DNA of 64,000 nucleotides from assembly GCA_012295275.1 (NCBI GenBank), contig CM022670.1, forward strand, positions 29,698,001-29,762,000, read 5' to 3'. Position 1 is the stretch's first letter. Each line of letters starts with the position of its first letter. A model generated the notes under the pieces. The model saw only the letters and a list, made by a program, of their open reading frames with translations, was not told where the DNA came from and made no database searches. The DNA comes from Chrysomallon squamiferum (taxonomy: Eukaryota > Animalia > Mollusca). Positions 29,000-42,960 of this stretch are shown piece by piece. A program made the translations under genes and the position numbers.

Positions 29000-29311
29000 G
29001 TTGAGGATCTGTTATCCGAAATATTAGGGACCGTAATTTCGGATTTAGAAATTTTTCCTTTTCTGGAATATAAGGTCATAACCTGAGAATAGTATCTAAG
29101 TTTTAACACAAATACCATTTATAATTCATATACAACTTTTACGGACAGTTTGCAAGAGTTTTTATATATTATTTGTAATAATTCTATTTTTGAAATAAAG
29201 TTTATATATGTAAAATCAACCAAAAACCGTAAGGAGATATAACTATTTCATTTGCTTGGAAAAAGTTTAGAATATCGGAGCTTTTCGGACTTCGGATAAG
29301 AGATCTTCATC
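29000..29311. mobile_element. Non-autonomous TcMar-Tigger MITE (Tigger4/MER46-like)
   Basis: About 21-bp imperfect TIRs (gttgaggatctgttatccgaa ... ttcggataagagatcttcatc) and subterminal ttcgga repeats. Internal sequence resembles the remembered MER46/Tigger4a consensus. Confidence 0.75.
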
Positions 29312-29312
29312 C

Positions 29313-29353
<41 letters not shown>

Positions 29354-30449
29354 CTGTTTCTGTTGATGATGTTTGATGCAGCTATCCTTATTACTAATGG
29401 TGATGTGAGAGTTCTGTGTGGCTGTGTTCTCTGAACATGTATAAGTTAATGAAAACAAAGCTACGAGCTCTTCCTAAGAAACAGCCTCTGACTTTCGGGC
29501 CAATGAACAAAATTCTGCTTCACTTGAGCAATTAAACTTTCTGACGTCTTGATGTCTCCATTGTCAGGGTCACTCGCCAGCCTATTGTCTGTTAATTAAA
29601 CTGTTAGAAGTTAGCTTCGGCTATGTGACCGACTTGGAAAAAGATTACGAACTGAGACCTCGACATACATAGCTAAGTTCTTAATCTGTAATGTCGTGAC
29701 TTTTGTCAAAATCTGCGACTTCCTGACATGATCTACAAAGTGACTGCTTTCAGAATATTTTTCATAAAATGGTTTTATTGCATAATGGAAGTAATCTGCA
29801 GTGTTAGCAATAGCTAAACCAGAAGATAATGTTCTAGAAATGAGAAATATGATTTGGTTTCGAAATCCATTGATTAATTGAACTGATTAGTTTACAGTTT
29901 AAACGTTAGAATCCACCAGTCTAATCAGTATAAACCAATTTGCTTGCTGACTTGTACTATTTGTAAACAGCCATGACTATTATGTTCACTATGTCTTTTG
30001 TTGTTTCAATTAATTTTATTGGTGCTTTTCTGTATATATGCATCCAGGGTTGGGTTAATGTTTGACAAGAAATATCAGGATGTATTTTTGTAGTTTTTTT
30101 CCCAAGCACTAACTTCCACCTGCATAAACATCGAAATTCTAGGATTTTGTAAACACTTAATCAGTTTGTCATATTCAACAAACAAGTAACTAAACTACAA
30201 AACTAGTGATTATTCACAAGAAAAAGAAAAAAAAGTTAATTCAAATGACTCGAACTCATCTACAAGGGTGAGCAAAACCTTTTCTATTTTATAAGCCAGT
30301 GCGCGGCGAAGAAAAAGTAAACTTCATCACACTATGCACAAATTGCGAAATCTGGTCGTTAATGGAAAAATAAAAAAACTGAAATCTGGCTCAAACAGAG
30401 AAGGAAAGTGAAAGAACTTAAAATACGTTACAGTACCCAGCAAGCCGTC

Positions 30450-30541
30450 AAAACTGATATTGTTTATTGTAATTATCAAAAACTGATATTGTTTATTGTA
30501 ATTATCAAAAACTGATATTGTTATTGTAATTATCAAAAACT
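30450..30541. repeat. ~30-bp tandem repeat x3 (aaaactgatattgtttattgtaattatc)
   Basis: Directly visible. Confidence 0.9.
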
Positions 30542-31539
30542 GGAGCGTCTGTTGTTTAGTTAGTGGTTAGACTGGTTGTTTCACGCACAAATGGTTGTAG
30601 AATCAGTGTTATTCAGTGCTATTTTGGCGTTCCATCCACTGACTGTTTTATCAAATATTTTGCTTTTGCTCCCCTGTCTGTTGGAAGAGGCATACATAAT
30701 CTCATGTGACAAGAGGCGGGTTGCTTCGTTGTTGTTTTTTCTCATACTGTAAATTATAATACACGTAACTGTATTCTAATATATAATAAATACAGAATGA
30801 CAGCAAGAGATTTATAATATAATTATTAACTTCAAAAATAAACCATTTATATTATAAAAATAAGAAATATTTATATTAAAATATAATGGATTGTTGTTAA
30901 ACAAATATCTAATCATTAAGTCAGTGAGTTTTAAGAGAATAGTTGGTTAATGTACTAGAGACATATCAGAGTTAACTCGAAAACATAATTCTCTCGTGGC
31001 CAGTTCACGATTATCATCTCTGTTACATTTAAAGCGTCATTAAACGAAAGTAAAAAGCACTTAAATGTATTTTAACTCAGTTCATTCCTCTTTATCGTGT
31101 CTAAAATTCAAATTAAAATCAAATTTAAATAAGTAAATAAATAAATAAATGAAAAGAAAGGGGAAATAGGTACATTGTACAGCGCTGATATTAATTAAAT
31201 ATATTGGCTGACAAATTGTCGTTTCTGTGCCAGTAGCAGATAAATCTGTAATTATGAATGACATGAGTCTGCTGGCAAATTCAACATTATGTTTCAGCCT
31301 GTGTTGTCAGTCACCTGACCCTCACAGCTTCTCACACAACAAGATTTATCCGAAAGCTTTTCGTTAGATACAATCTAAAGTTATTGGTAAATAATTAACT
31401 TATTCATGTTCGGTTAAAGGTTAGACATACTTGTCGCTGGCACGAAATCTGATGGAAGGGTGAAATGTAGCCAAGTCTTTGAGGCGTCAGCTAAGTCTCT
31501 GATGTTTAGAGTTTAAAGATCATTAAGGAAAAATGCGTG

Positions 31540-31630
31540 TAATGTTTTATTTATAATGCACTCAGTATGTTTGATAATACGACGTTCTGTATATTGTTAA
31601 GAACGATCCAGATAATGAGAGAGGAAATCT
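31540..31630 (-). mobile_element. 3' fragment of the same SINE family
   Basis: aatgttttattt...gcactca...gttaagaacgatccagataatgagagaggaaa resembles the reverse complement of the SINE tail. Confidence 0.4.
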
Positions 31631-34600
31631 ACATGTTTCTTTAGCTGATATCTTTAACAAAAAACAACAACAACAACAAAAAAAAAAAAAAAAAAAAATT
31701 CTGCCTTTGAAAAACCATTAAAATTTTTATATTTAGCTTATAAATTAATATTGATGCCAAAAAACAATAAATGTTCATTAAAGCAAAATATGCTTCTCGT
31801 TAGAACTTTTAGGTTATGTACGAATGTTACAGTTGGTGGATTTTCTTAACTTTTCAACTGAAGAACACTTTATAAGTCTTACTGATAAAAATGCTATATA
31901 TTCTAGAGTCTGTTAAAAACGTTCACATCAGTAAACAGAATTTCCGGTTTATATTCACAGACAGTTTGGAAATATCTTCACGATATTTCAGTACTAGGAA
32001 CGCTGACATTTTGTTTCCAGTATAATGGAATTGAGAACGAGTAAAAGATGATCTAATTATTTCAGTACTTCACTTAAAACAGACTTTATTCGTAACACGA
32101 AGTTTAATTTAACGTGTGGACAAGGGTCAGATACTACACAGCGAAGGAAGTATCCATGCAGTCAGTTTAGACGCCAGATTATTGATCTCAAGAACGTAGA
32201 TTGGACTTCGTTCACAAATGATTATCTTTTTAGGCAAACTACCAAATATTCCTATTATCATGTTTTTGAAGATACATTAATGTTTGGATTTAACCAGATA
32301 GGAAATGGATGTAAAGACAAAATTTCATATTTTCAAACATAATACCAAATATGCAATAAAACCATTTTATCAAAAATGTTAATTTTTCAAAAATTGTTAT
32401 TAATAAATTCTTAATAATATGAAAATTTTGTAAACAAAATAAAAATTATGAAATAATAAAGCAGTAAAATTAGTAGCTGGATGAACAATTTCAAAGACCC
32501 CCCCCCGAAAATAATTACTACCGCTACCAAAATATGTAATGAATTAAAATGTTGTATCCTATTAAAGAATCTAGTGGAATTTTTGGTAACGTTACTTACG
32601 ATCAAATTTCTCAGGTCATAAGTAATTAACATGTATTCCTAGAGAGCCTGTATTTTTCTATGAATGTTAACTAGTTTTAAGCAACAGTAATTTTGGATAA
32701 TTCTGAGGTTACAAGGGCGCAACGAGAAATGATGACTGATATGAAAAAGAATTCTGAAAGATGATGAAGTTTTCTCATAACAAGTCAACAAAACTTCAAG
32801 AAAACAAACTCACAGCGTATGCTAAAAAATGTTCTAATTGAATTATATTTACCCAAATTAAATGTCACTAATATAAATGCAATTTAAAATTCAGAAATCA
32901 TCGATACACACATAAAATAACTCCACATAATTAGTTCCAACAGTATTAATTGTCGCCAGAAAATGAATTAAATAATTAAAAAAATACTAATAGTAATCAT
33001 AGATTGAAAATGTCAAAGCCATCTATTCATTGCATAGTTCTTAATTGCATTTTATTATGGTTATTTTGTTATTATTACTATTTTTTATTAATATTTGCTC
33101 AAAGTACAGTTTATCATAAAATAAAACAGGAGAGAATTATTATAAGATATAAATCAGTCTAGATTTATATTGCTATCAAGTTTGATAAAGCCTTAAGTAC
33201 AGAAAAATAATTTCAGAGATAAATAACTATATAGAGATATATCTGTATGTGTATATATATGTATGTGTATATATGTGTGTTTGTGTGTATATCTGTATAT
33301 ACAATACACCCAAGCATATAGACACATATACATACACACATATACATATATATACATATACATACAGCTATAGAATTGCTAAACAATAGAATCAATACCA
33401 GATCAGTAAGTACATTTACGAACTCTGTGTGTGTGTGTGTGTGTGTGTTTGTGTTTATATTTATGAATGTGATTGCCTATGGTTCTAACTGTGTCTGCCT
33501 CTCTGTCAGTGTGTGTGTATGTGTATCTCTGTGTCTGTCAGTATGTGTTTCATTGTTTGTGTGTGACTGTTTTTAATAAAGGTTGTTATTTTAATAACTA
33601 CTTTTGTAAAGATTTGATATAAGGAATTTCCATGAAAACAGGTTTCTTAAATGCACTTAAATATATTTGTGTTAAATGTTAATATCGCATTGACTCTGTG
33701 TATTGTTCCAAACTTTGACTCATTTTTGTAAAATAGAAAATATAGTGTTCGTGTAGAATTGAGTCGAAGACAGTGTCATCATCTGAAGAAATGCGACAAA
33801 AACGAAGAAGAAGAAGCACAAATAACCAGCACAAATAATGTCTTTGTACATGAGAGTGACATTTAGATTATTTCTTAATCTTTAATTTTTGTCGCTGTAA
33901 ACGAGTCACTATAATTTTACTTCCTGAGATTTTTATTGTTATTCCTATTTTGTCTTGGTTGTTAGGAAACTGAATCTAAAATTTTGTTATAAATTAATCA
34001 AAATTGATATTTCTTATTTTACATATAAAATATTTAATTATAATAAAAATACTCGTTACAACACCCACACCTATACCCACCTGTTTCCCTGCCAGGCGTC
34101 CTATCTGCGTGGAGAGTTAGAAAGATATTAAGCGTGAAAAAAATAATAATAATAAAATAAACGCATAAATAAAATAGAAAGAAGGAAACCAAAGGAAAAA
34201 AAGTTAAAGAATACAAAAGAGTACTAAAATCTCTCTAACTCAAGATATATGTTATGCTCAGTAAATTAATTACCGATGTATATGAAACGAATATTGATTT
34301 TTATTCTTTCTTCCGTTCATAAATATGCACGTTATATACTTACAACATAATTGTTGCTGCTGTATTATCTTATATTAATCACCTACTGAATAGTTTTTAA
34401 ATTTAAATTATCGAATCTTTGACTAATTATAATAAATGATTGATGAATGGATTGCTGAATGGTAAAAGCACTAAAGATTCAGTGAAGGAACGAAATAATG
34501 AATGAATGATGTATTTTAAAGATTTAATCTACGAGTACGGTTCCTGAAACATTTTACATGTTTTCAAAATATAAACATCTTTCTCTCTCTTTTTATTTCT

Positions 34601-35658
34601 CTGTCTCTCTCTCTCTCTCATACATTAGCATCATATTTAGTATATAAATATACACGTTATCACAGCACATTTTATATTTTTATGAGCCATTATTACTACA
34701 TTCATCAGCATGATGTTGTAACTGAACTAACAGCTTCTTGGTGAAAAAAAGTTCTGATAATGATATTAACACATGTAAACAGATCTTGAGATTCTATGAA
34801 TGTATTTTTTAATTGATTGTTTTGTTTGTTCTTTGAAGCGTTTTAATGTTGATTGTTTCTTAGGGGTTTGAGGGATGTTTACTTTTATTTTATTTTCTTA
34901 AATGTTTGTGTTTCCGTTTGTTATTGTTATTGTTGTTACTGTTGATTTTATAGTTATCTTCTTGTTCGTCTAAATATGTGTGCATGGATTTGGAAACTTT
35001 TAGTATTTTTGTTTTGCTTTGTTGCTAATTTTTGTACACTATCGGAAAGAAATAAAAACAGAAGATTGTTACCTAAATGTACAGACTGTACAGAGAAAAA
35101 AGAAGGATAAAACAGACATGCACAGACACATACTACTACTATCTTTACAAAGTAAAACGACATCCTTGTTATACGCTATTTGGAGAGAATATCTTAAGTC
35201 ATTTATTTTTGAACGTACTACTCGGTGTTTTCTATATAAGCCAAACAATCAGCAGTTGAGAAGGCTGTAAAGTAAGTAACTAGAAATTATTATTATTATT
35301 ATTTTAATTTCAGCATTTTTATTGTTAACAAACTAACTGTAAGTATTTTATTTTAAATGAACGTAAATAACATTCTAAAGACTCAGACAATAAATCCTCT
35401 TTAAGTCATCCGCAAAAAAATATAACAATTTTTAAACGACTTATGTTAGAATCTGTAGTGTGATATAAAGAATTAAAAGAGTAAATAAAACAAATTAAGA
35501 GGCTGCAGTCAGTAGACTAACGTTTCAAGCAGAGCTTTTAAAAGACTATTATATTCACACGTACTCAAACACAAATCACGTACAAATATGAGAGAAAAAC
35601 ACAAAGCACTGTGATGCAGTATTACTAGTGTAATTCATAAAAAGAAATAATAACTCAC

Positions 35659-36095
35659 CAAATTAAACTGGCGGCGATGGACTGTTTTCGAACGGAGCGT
35701 GAATCAGCCAACATGCAGAAAAAGATAACATGGGCTTAGAGCGCTTGATCCGTTTGCAGCTGGCGTGAGAAAGAAAATAAATGTTGGCAATTTCATCGAT
35801 TGACTAGACGAAACCTCTCTCCGTTAGATCCACTTGGAGCGCTTCTTCTGCCATAATGGTACCGCCCCTTAGTGCATTATCTTTCCGTCGACATTCTGGT
35901 CGTAGAAATGGTATCATTTCCGTACAGTTGTGTATTCCGTTATAACCCTGACACAAATTTCGGTATCATCAAATAGCCGTTTATCGCTTTAACCTCATTT
36001 TTTTGATTTTCACTTAAATTGAGAACTATATATTCACACGTGTAAGCGAGCTGCAATTGTATGTCGTTATGAGCAGCGCTACGCACAGCGATGAA
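35659..36095 (-). other. Candidate distal alternative 5'-UTR exon / promoter (CpG-rich)
   Basis: Locally GC/CpG-rich non-repetitive block ending in donor TTTG|gtgagt on the minus strand. No in-frame link to the CDS. Confidence 0.3.
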
Positions 36096-37884
36096 TAATA
36101 TATATATATATATATACACATATACAAAATTCCTATAGGTCTCCTTTGATGCGCTCAAACAGCCAGAGTAAATGTAAGCTTTTACTACTGGGACTCAGTG
36201 TAATGAAATATTCCTCTCCGGTTCCAGGATTATCAGTAAACAGCAGAGAAATGTTTTGATCTACAATATAACTGTATCAACGGCGCTATTTTGCAGTTCC
36301 TACACGAAATCTGGCTCAGTGGTTAGAGTGGTCGGCTGATTGGTTTTTTTTTTTTTTTTTTTACAATGTTTATTTTTCCCATTCCAAACGAATTATTAAT
36401 TACCTTTTATTGGAGTATTCATTTTTCCATGCCAACTCTCAAGAAAATGCTATTTTATTTATTTATTATTTTTTTTTTACTTTTTTTTTTTCTCATTCCA
36501 GCCAGATATCTCATGAAAATAATGTTATTTATTTCTAAATTCAGACTTTATTTTCTCCCATTCAAACCATATTTCTGATGATAAGATAATTTGTCTAGTT
36601 TTTACTATTAGAATATGCATATTTTGGATGAAACTGTAACAGGTTGTGTGTTCAGCCAGCTTTTTGTGTAAAGATTGTATCTCACAGTTGTAAATGTGTG
36701 GCTGGAAATTGATATTAAAAGGTTTTACTGCCATCTGTTGATATTCTAGCGATATCTCAATATCAATTATGTATTGGTTTATTATCACTTTTGAAACTCT
36801 TTTTTTTTTTTTTTGTATAAAAACAACATAAAAAAAGAGAAAAATATGGAACATTACAAAATACATAAGAAAAACATATCTAATAAGAATTAGTAATTAA
36901 AGAATTTTTTTTTTATAAAATGGTTAATTTTAATTTCAATTTTTAAAACATTTCTGCTAAAACAAGAAAACAACATTGCTGGAAAATATGTGTGCATAGG
37001 GAATTAATATATTTATAGAAACAATAAAACCAAGAAAACGTCGTGTGCATATGTAGCTATATAGCATCTACGTATCTATTATTCATCTCTATACCTTCTT
37101 ATTTATATATGTATGTATGTAAAGAAAAGTAACAAAGAAAATTACAGAAAATGTTTAGTTATTTATTTATTTATCTGTTAATTAATTAATTTATTTTTAA
37201 ATCTTTCTCGTTATTCATTATCTGCTTGTCAATGAACGCAGAAAAACAAAAGTTCTTTTTCTGTACATATTATTCTCCCTCAGTCTTCATCCTAGAGGAA
37301 TGTCAGTTCCTCCCATTAAATTATTTTGAAATAAGTATTTATTTCAGCAATATTTCCAAAAAAAACAACAACAACAAAAAAAAACATTCCTTAATTTTTG
37401 ACGACCTCAACAGGAGAATAATAGCTAACTGTGAACAGTACGTTTTGTTCAGTCATTCATTATTAATGCCTTATTAAGGTCATGACTGATTGGAAGTTGT
37501 TGTTAAATGTGCTTTATTATTTTACAAAATAATTGTTTTATATTTAGCTCCGCGTGCTGAAGGACATGCTTCAATTACTGAAGAAAAAGACTACATTGTT
37601 TATAACAGATTTAAATAAACATTACTCAATGATAAATAGTAAGAATAAATCTGTTTGCACAACGTTTTCAGCGTTATCCAGTAAGAAAGGCAGAACTGAA
37701 AGAACATTTTACAAACAACAAGCTTCAGAAATATTTGAATGACAAAATAAGGACGTAAGAAACTATGTGTGAAGTAGCTGATTACAATGGTTTTGGTTAT
37801 AGCTATATGTGTGTGTTTGTCTATATATATGTATATTAATTTATTTATTTATAATTGCAGAAATAACAAACATACTGTGTCGCA

Positions 37885-37915
<31 letters not shown>

Positions 37916-39308
37916 AGACATTAAAAGAAAATACAAAATACTTTACCATTTTTTTTAGCTCTTACACACACATATATAATAAGAACACATCAAGCAGATA
38001 ATTATTACTAATAATTATACTTTTAAAGTGCAGTGTGAAATGTTTTGGTCACATCAGGGAAAAATACAAATATCGTCACACCATTAGGATAAAACGAAAG
38101 AGCGAATCTAAATTCCCTAATATAACCGCTGAGGAAGAAAACATCTGCGCAATTTATTGCATAAGAAAAACTACGTTGTTTAAGTTCAAATTGGTTATCA
38201 ATACACAAAGTCTGATAAAATTACGTATTACCAGCGTGACAAAGCACTGTAAATTATATAACATTATCTCGCTGCTCTGGGCTTTTGTCAGACATTATTA
38301 TTTTGTTTGTTTGTTTGTTCTCTTCATATGCACCCATTACTGCATAAGAAAACTGTCACTGTTTTGTATTATTTTGAAACCATCATAACTGTTATTTTCT
38401 AAACCCGAATAAGACTGTCAATATATTTTTTTTATTTTTTTCGAACTACTGTGTCATTTACTGCAACCCTCCACATTGTGTTAATGTTTTAACTTATTTT
38501 CAAATTATTAAAATTTTTATCTACAGAAGCCGTGCAAAAAAAAACAAAAAAACATACACATTTCAATGTTTTTATTAATACTTTAAAAATACTGGAATTA
38601 TTTTCCACTAAACTAGAAGAAAAAAAAAAAGTCAGTATTTTTCTTATCATTTTGTAATTACTGCAGCTATTATCTTCTGAATCCGAAGAAAATGTCAACA
38701 ATTATTATTTTGGAACAACAGTAACTATTAACTGCTAAAACTGAAAAAAGTTGTCCGTTTTTTTTGTTATATTTTTTGACAGAATCTGATGACGACGATT
38801 TGCTGCTCTGTGTTAGACATCCGAAACATCACCTAACTATGACACTCTGAAGCAGAAGTTAGTCAAATCACAGAGATTTGTCTAAATTAATGGCGGGTTG
38901 TGAAAGTGTCAAAACATTGAAGGGAACCAGCATTAATACATATTCAGACATCTGCGATGTTTATGGGAAACGAGGCATACAAAAGTAATGATATAGCAAA
39001 CAATATTCCGCTCGGACAGAAAACAAATGTGAACAGTAAATCAAATAACTCGTTATCGTCTTAAGAGAACTGATTCCGTAAATTTTACATGTCTAATTTC
39101 AAGATCCAAACAACTTTTTTTATTATCTAATAGGTTTTGTAATCAAGCAAAGACTAATGTATTTTTGTTTTTTCGAGACTCTTGCTATTTGTCTATTTGT
39201 ATGTCTTTCCTGAATCGTTTAGTTTTATTTAATACTTCAAAACAAATAATAATAAAATAATAATAATTAAAAAAATAAAAAAATAAATAAATAAATAAAA
39301 TAATAATA

Positions 39309-39345
<37 letters not shown>

Positions 39346-39839
39346 CATTCTGTGGCTGTGACTGTTTAAGCAAACATCTACTTTTAATAAGAAGTAAAAC
39401 ACTTTAATGAAATATCTGTTAATCATTATACAACTGTGGATGGAACATGAAACTAGGAGACAAAGACAGGAACGTTTCAGTTATTTCTTATACGGCACAA
39501 AAAATTCATTGCTGAACTCTTTTATTATGGCTGTTGTCTTTATGTTCTTGTTTGTCTGTTGCATTTTTGTTGTTGTTGTTGTTGTCGTTTCTTTGTTGTT
39601 TTTTTTTTGTATTGTGTTATATTTCGTGTTTTGTTGCTGTTGCTGCTGCTTTTGCATTTGTTTTCTCGGAAGGAATCCATTATAACAGCTAACTTGATTT
39701 CCTTAGATGATTTCAATTACTAGTATTCTAGCTGACATGTTCATTTATAATTTAGAAAAGATACAATGTGTAGAATTTAAATACTAAATATCTGTAAAGT
39801 ATTGACGTAGTATTAAGAGCGAGTCTGTGAACATTTTGT

Positions 39840-39932
<93 letters not shown>

Positions 39933-41444
39933 TGCAGATACTTTAAAGAAATAGAAAGAAAAAAATCAGAACATGGAAGTGTAAAATTTTATAATTAACT
40001 GTGACAAGCATACAAATCGGAACGCTAAACATTTGCAGCATAAATCACTTGTTTACATCATTTTTGACATGTTTATGTGTGATCAGATGACTGTTTCTAT
40101 TTATCTACATTATATGTTATTTAATGTAAATCGTATAGGTGGGTTATTTTCATAACCAGTTTAGTTCAGTTAATTCGTTTCTTACTCAAATCATGTTTAT
40201 TCATTTCCTAAAATTCAACGTGAACTGATCAGTTTCTGATTCTGAATTGTATTGCGTTTATTTATTTATTTCATTTTATTGTTTAACTGTATTCTGTCGG
40301 TTCTGTTAAGTTCAGTAGTGTTCTCTTGTCTTTTATTTGGTTCAGTTCAGATCTGTCCAATTATCTTGAATTTGTGTTTTATTCAGTCATATTCTATTAA
40401 CTTATTTTCAGTCCTGTTCAGCTTATTTATTTTTGCATTATTCTGATCTATTTTATTTATTTATTCATTCATTCATTCATTTTTTTTTTTTTTTATATAT
40501 ATATTTACTATTTTTTATTCATTTATTTTTATATTTTTAAAGTTTTTGGTTGTTGCTGTTTTGTCGGATTTTCTGGTTCAGTTTCATATTGATTTATACT
40601 TACCGTTTAAGCACGCCTTCTCGACGAACCAGTCGCTACTTTGCCACCAAAGCTATCCCAGAAGGTTAGTAAATTACGTTAACGTGATGATATAGTGTCG
40701 TATTCAGTTTTCCCCTAGCTGCAGTCAGTTTATGTTTTCCCAATCTGACCCTAAATAGGTAAGCACATACCACGTATTTTAGTTTTTAAAGTTTAATAAA
40801 CTAGTTAAACACGTCCTGTCGCATAGCACTTCTTGTTTACTTTTCTTCAGCACACTAGCAAAAATACAGTAATGACATCCAACTTCATAACATTGTTTCA
40901 GTTAAGTCATATTTGAATTAGATAAAGATTACTGTAACGGAGATACAAATGTAATTAATTTAAATATACTCTACTGTCATAACAGATCACGGATTTCTGT
41001 TGATTATTACAATTTTAAGTTTTAAACTATGTTACATCCGTATCGGTCATAATTAAGATTTACCAAAAAAAGACAGGAGTGGTGAAGATGGTGAATGTAA
41101 TAACGGATAGATGAGTTATGTAGTGAAGAAGAAAGGAAAGTAGACACAAAATGAAAGTCGTATTCTGAATCTGCATGCTTTTTAAACTAATTAATTGGTT
41201 TGTTACATCCTTAAAAACATTTAAAAAATAAAAATAAAAACACAACGAAAACAGTAATAAACAAAAAATAAACCACACATATAAACAAAAATGAATTGAC
41301 AATCTTTGCCTGTTTTTGAGTATGAGACAGAAAGTAGTTAAGATTTGGATATAATGAATAAAGACAAACAAAAATACAGAGAGCATTATATAGGTGGACA
41401 GATTAAAAAGTGAGTCAGATTATATAGAGAAAAAGAGACAGAGA

Positions 41445-41896
41445 TACATACATACATATACACACATACATACATACATACATACATACATACATACATA
41501 CATACATACACACATACATACAAACATACATACATACATATCTGCGTACATACATACATATCTGCATACATACATACATACATATACACATACATACATA
41601 CATACATATCTGCATACATACATACTTACATACACACATACATACATATATACATACATATCTGCATACATACATACTTACATACACACATACATACATA
41701 CATATCTGCATACATACATACTTACATACACACATACATACATACATACATACATATCTGCATACATACATACATATCTGCATACATACATACATACATA
41801 TCTGCATACATACATACACATACATACATACATATCTGCATACATACATACATACATACATACATATCTGCATACATACATACTTACATACTTACA
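41445..41896. repeat. (TACA)n-based compound microsatellite with recurrent tatctgca insert
   Basis: Directly visible. Produces the HTYI/MYVC ORFs. Confidence 0.95.
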
Positions 41897-42754
41897 AGAA
41901 TAATACGAGGATGAATACAGGCGAAGTGGTGCCATTGGCTCGAGTCTCGCCAGCGGCTACTGACGGGTTTGTGCGGTCGTGACTGGACTTTGACTTCCTT
42001 CTCGAATACTGTCTATGTTCAGAGACTAATCAGACATACATAAGACAGAGAATATTCAAATCCTAAAATACGTATGTACACTCATACATACATACATACG
42101 TAACTACATACATACATTGATAAATACATATATAAGTACATATATGCTACATACAAGCACAGATATATATACATATATATATCGAGAAAAAAGTGTCTAT
42201 ATGCAGATCAGTTATATATGTCTGTGTGTGCGTGTGTGTGTGTGTGTCATTCACAACAAGTTTAAAAATGGTCGTACAACGCGGATGTGTAAACCAACAT
42301 AAACCAACCTGATTTCAGGAATATACACACGTTCACGGATTATTGATTGTGAAACCGTTGTTCTAGGTAAGTATGTCAGTAATTGTAACATACATTCAGT
42401 TAATAACTTTGTGTTTTAATGTTAGCATTAAACAGAAGTAAGCGCTATAACATCTGGTCCCACAGCGCAAGACAACAGGACAGAGCTAATCACAGCGAGT
42501 GTTTGGGGAATGTGAAAGAAGACAAAAACAAACGATGCAATGAGTTTTTACTGCTGGCCAGCTATTACTGACGCTAATTGCACTGAAATTATCTTTTTAT
42601 TATTTGTTCTGTATATTGTTAACGCTCTCTGTTACGGAAATTACATTTTTAATTAATGAACCAGAACAAAATTGACTGCTATTTTTGCCTTAATTATAGA
42701 TAGAATAATGGTTTTTCTTTATTATTATTATTATTATTTTATATATATAGATAA

Positions 42755-42803
<49 letters not shown>

Positions 42804-42908
42804 TAGATAGATAGATAGGTAAACAAATATATATTGGGACAGCTATGTTTTTGCTTTGTATTTGGTAATATTTTATTGATCAGAATGCACTTAAATAATA
42901 TTATGTCG

Positions 42909-42960
<52 letters not shown>

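Noticed and set aside
36310-36340. tRNA-like sequence (ggctcagtggttagagtg)
   Set aside because: Only an A-box/D-arm fragment with no T-arm or acceptor stem. Likely a SINE head remnant.
41386-41935. HTYI/MYVC-rich ORFs, also at 4218-4530 and many similar sites
   Set aside because: Translations of (TACA)n, (TA)n, (GA)n and (AAT)n microsatellites.
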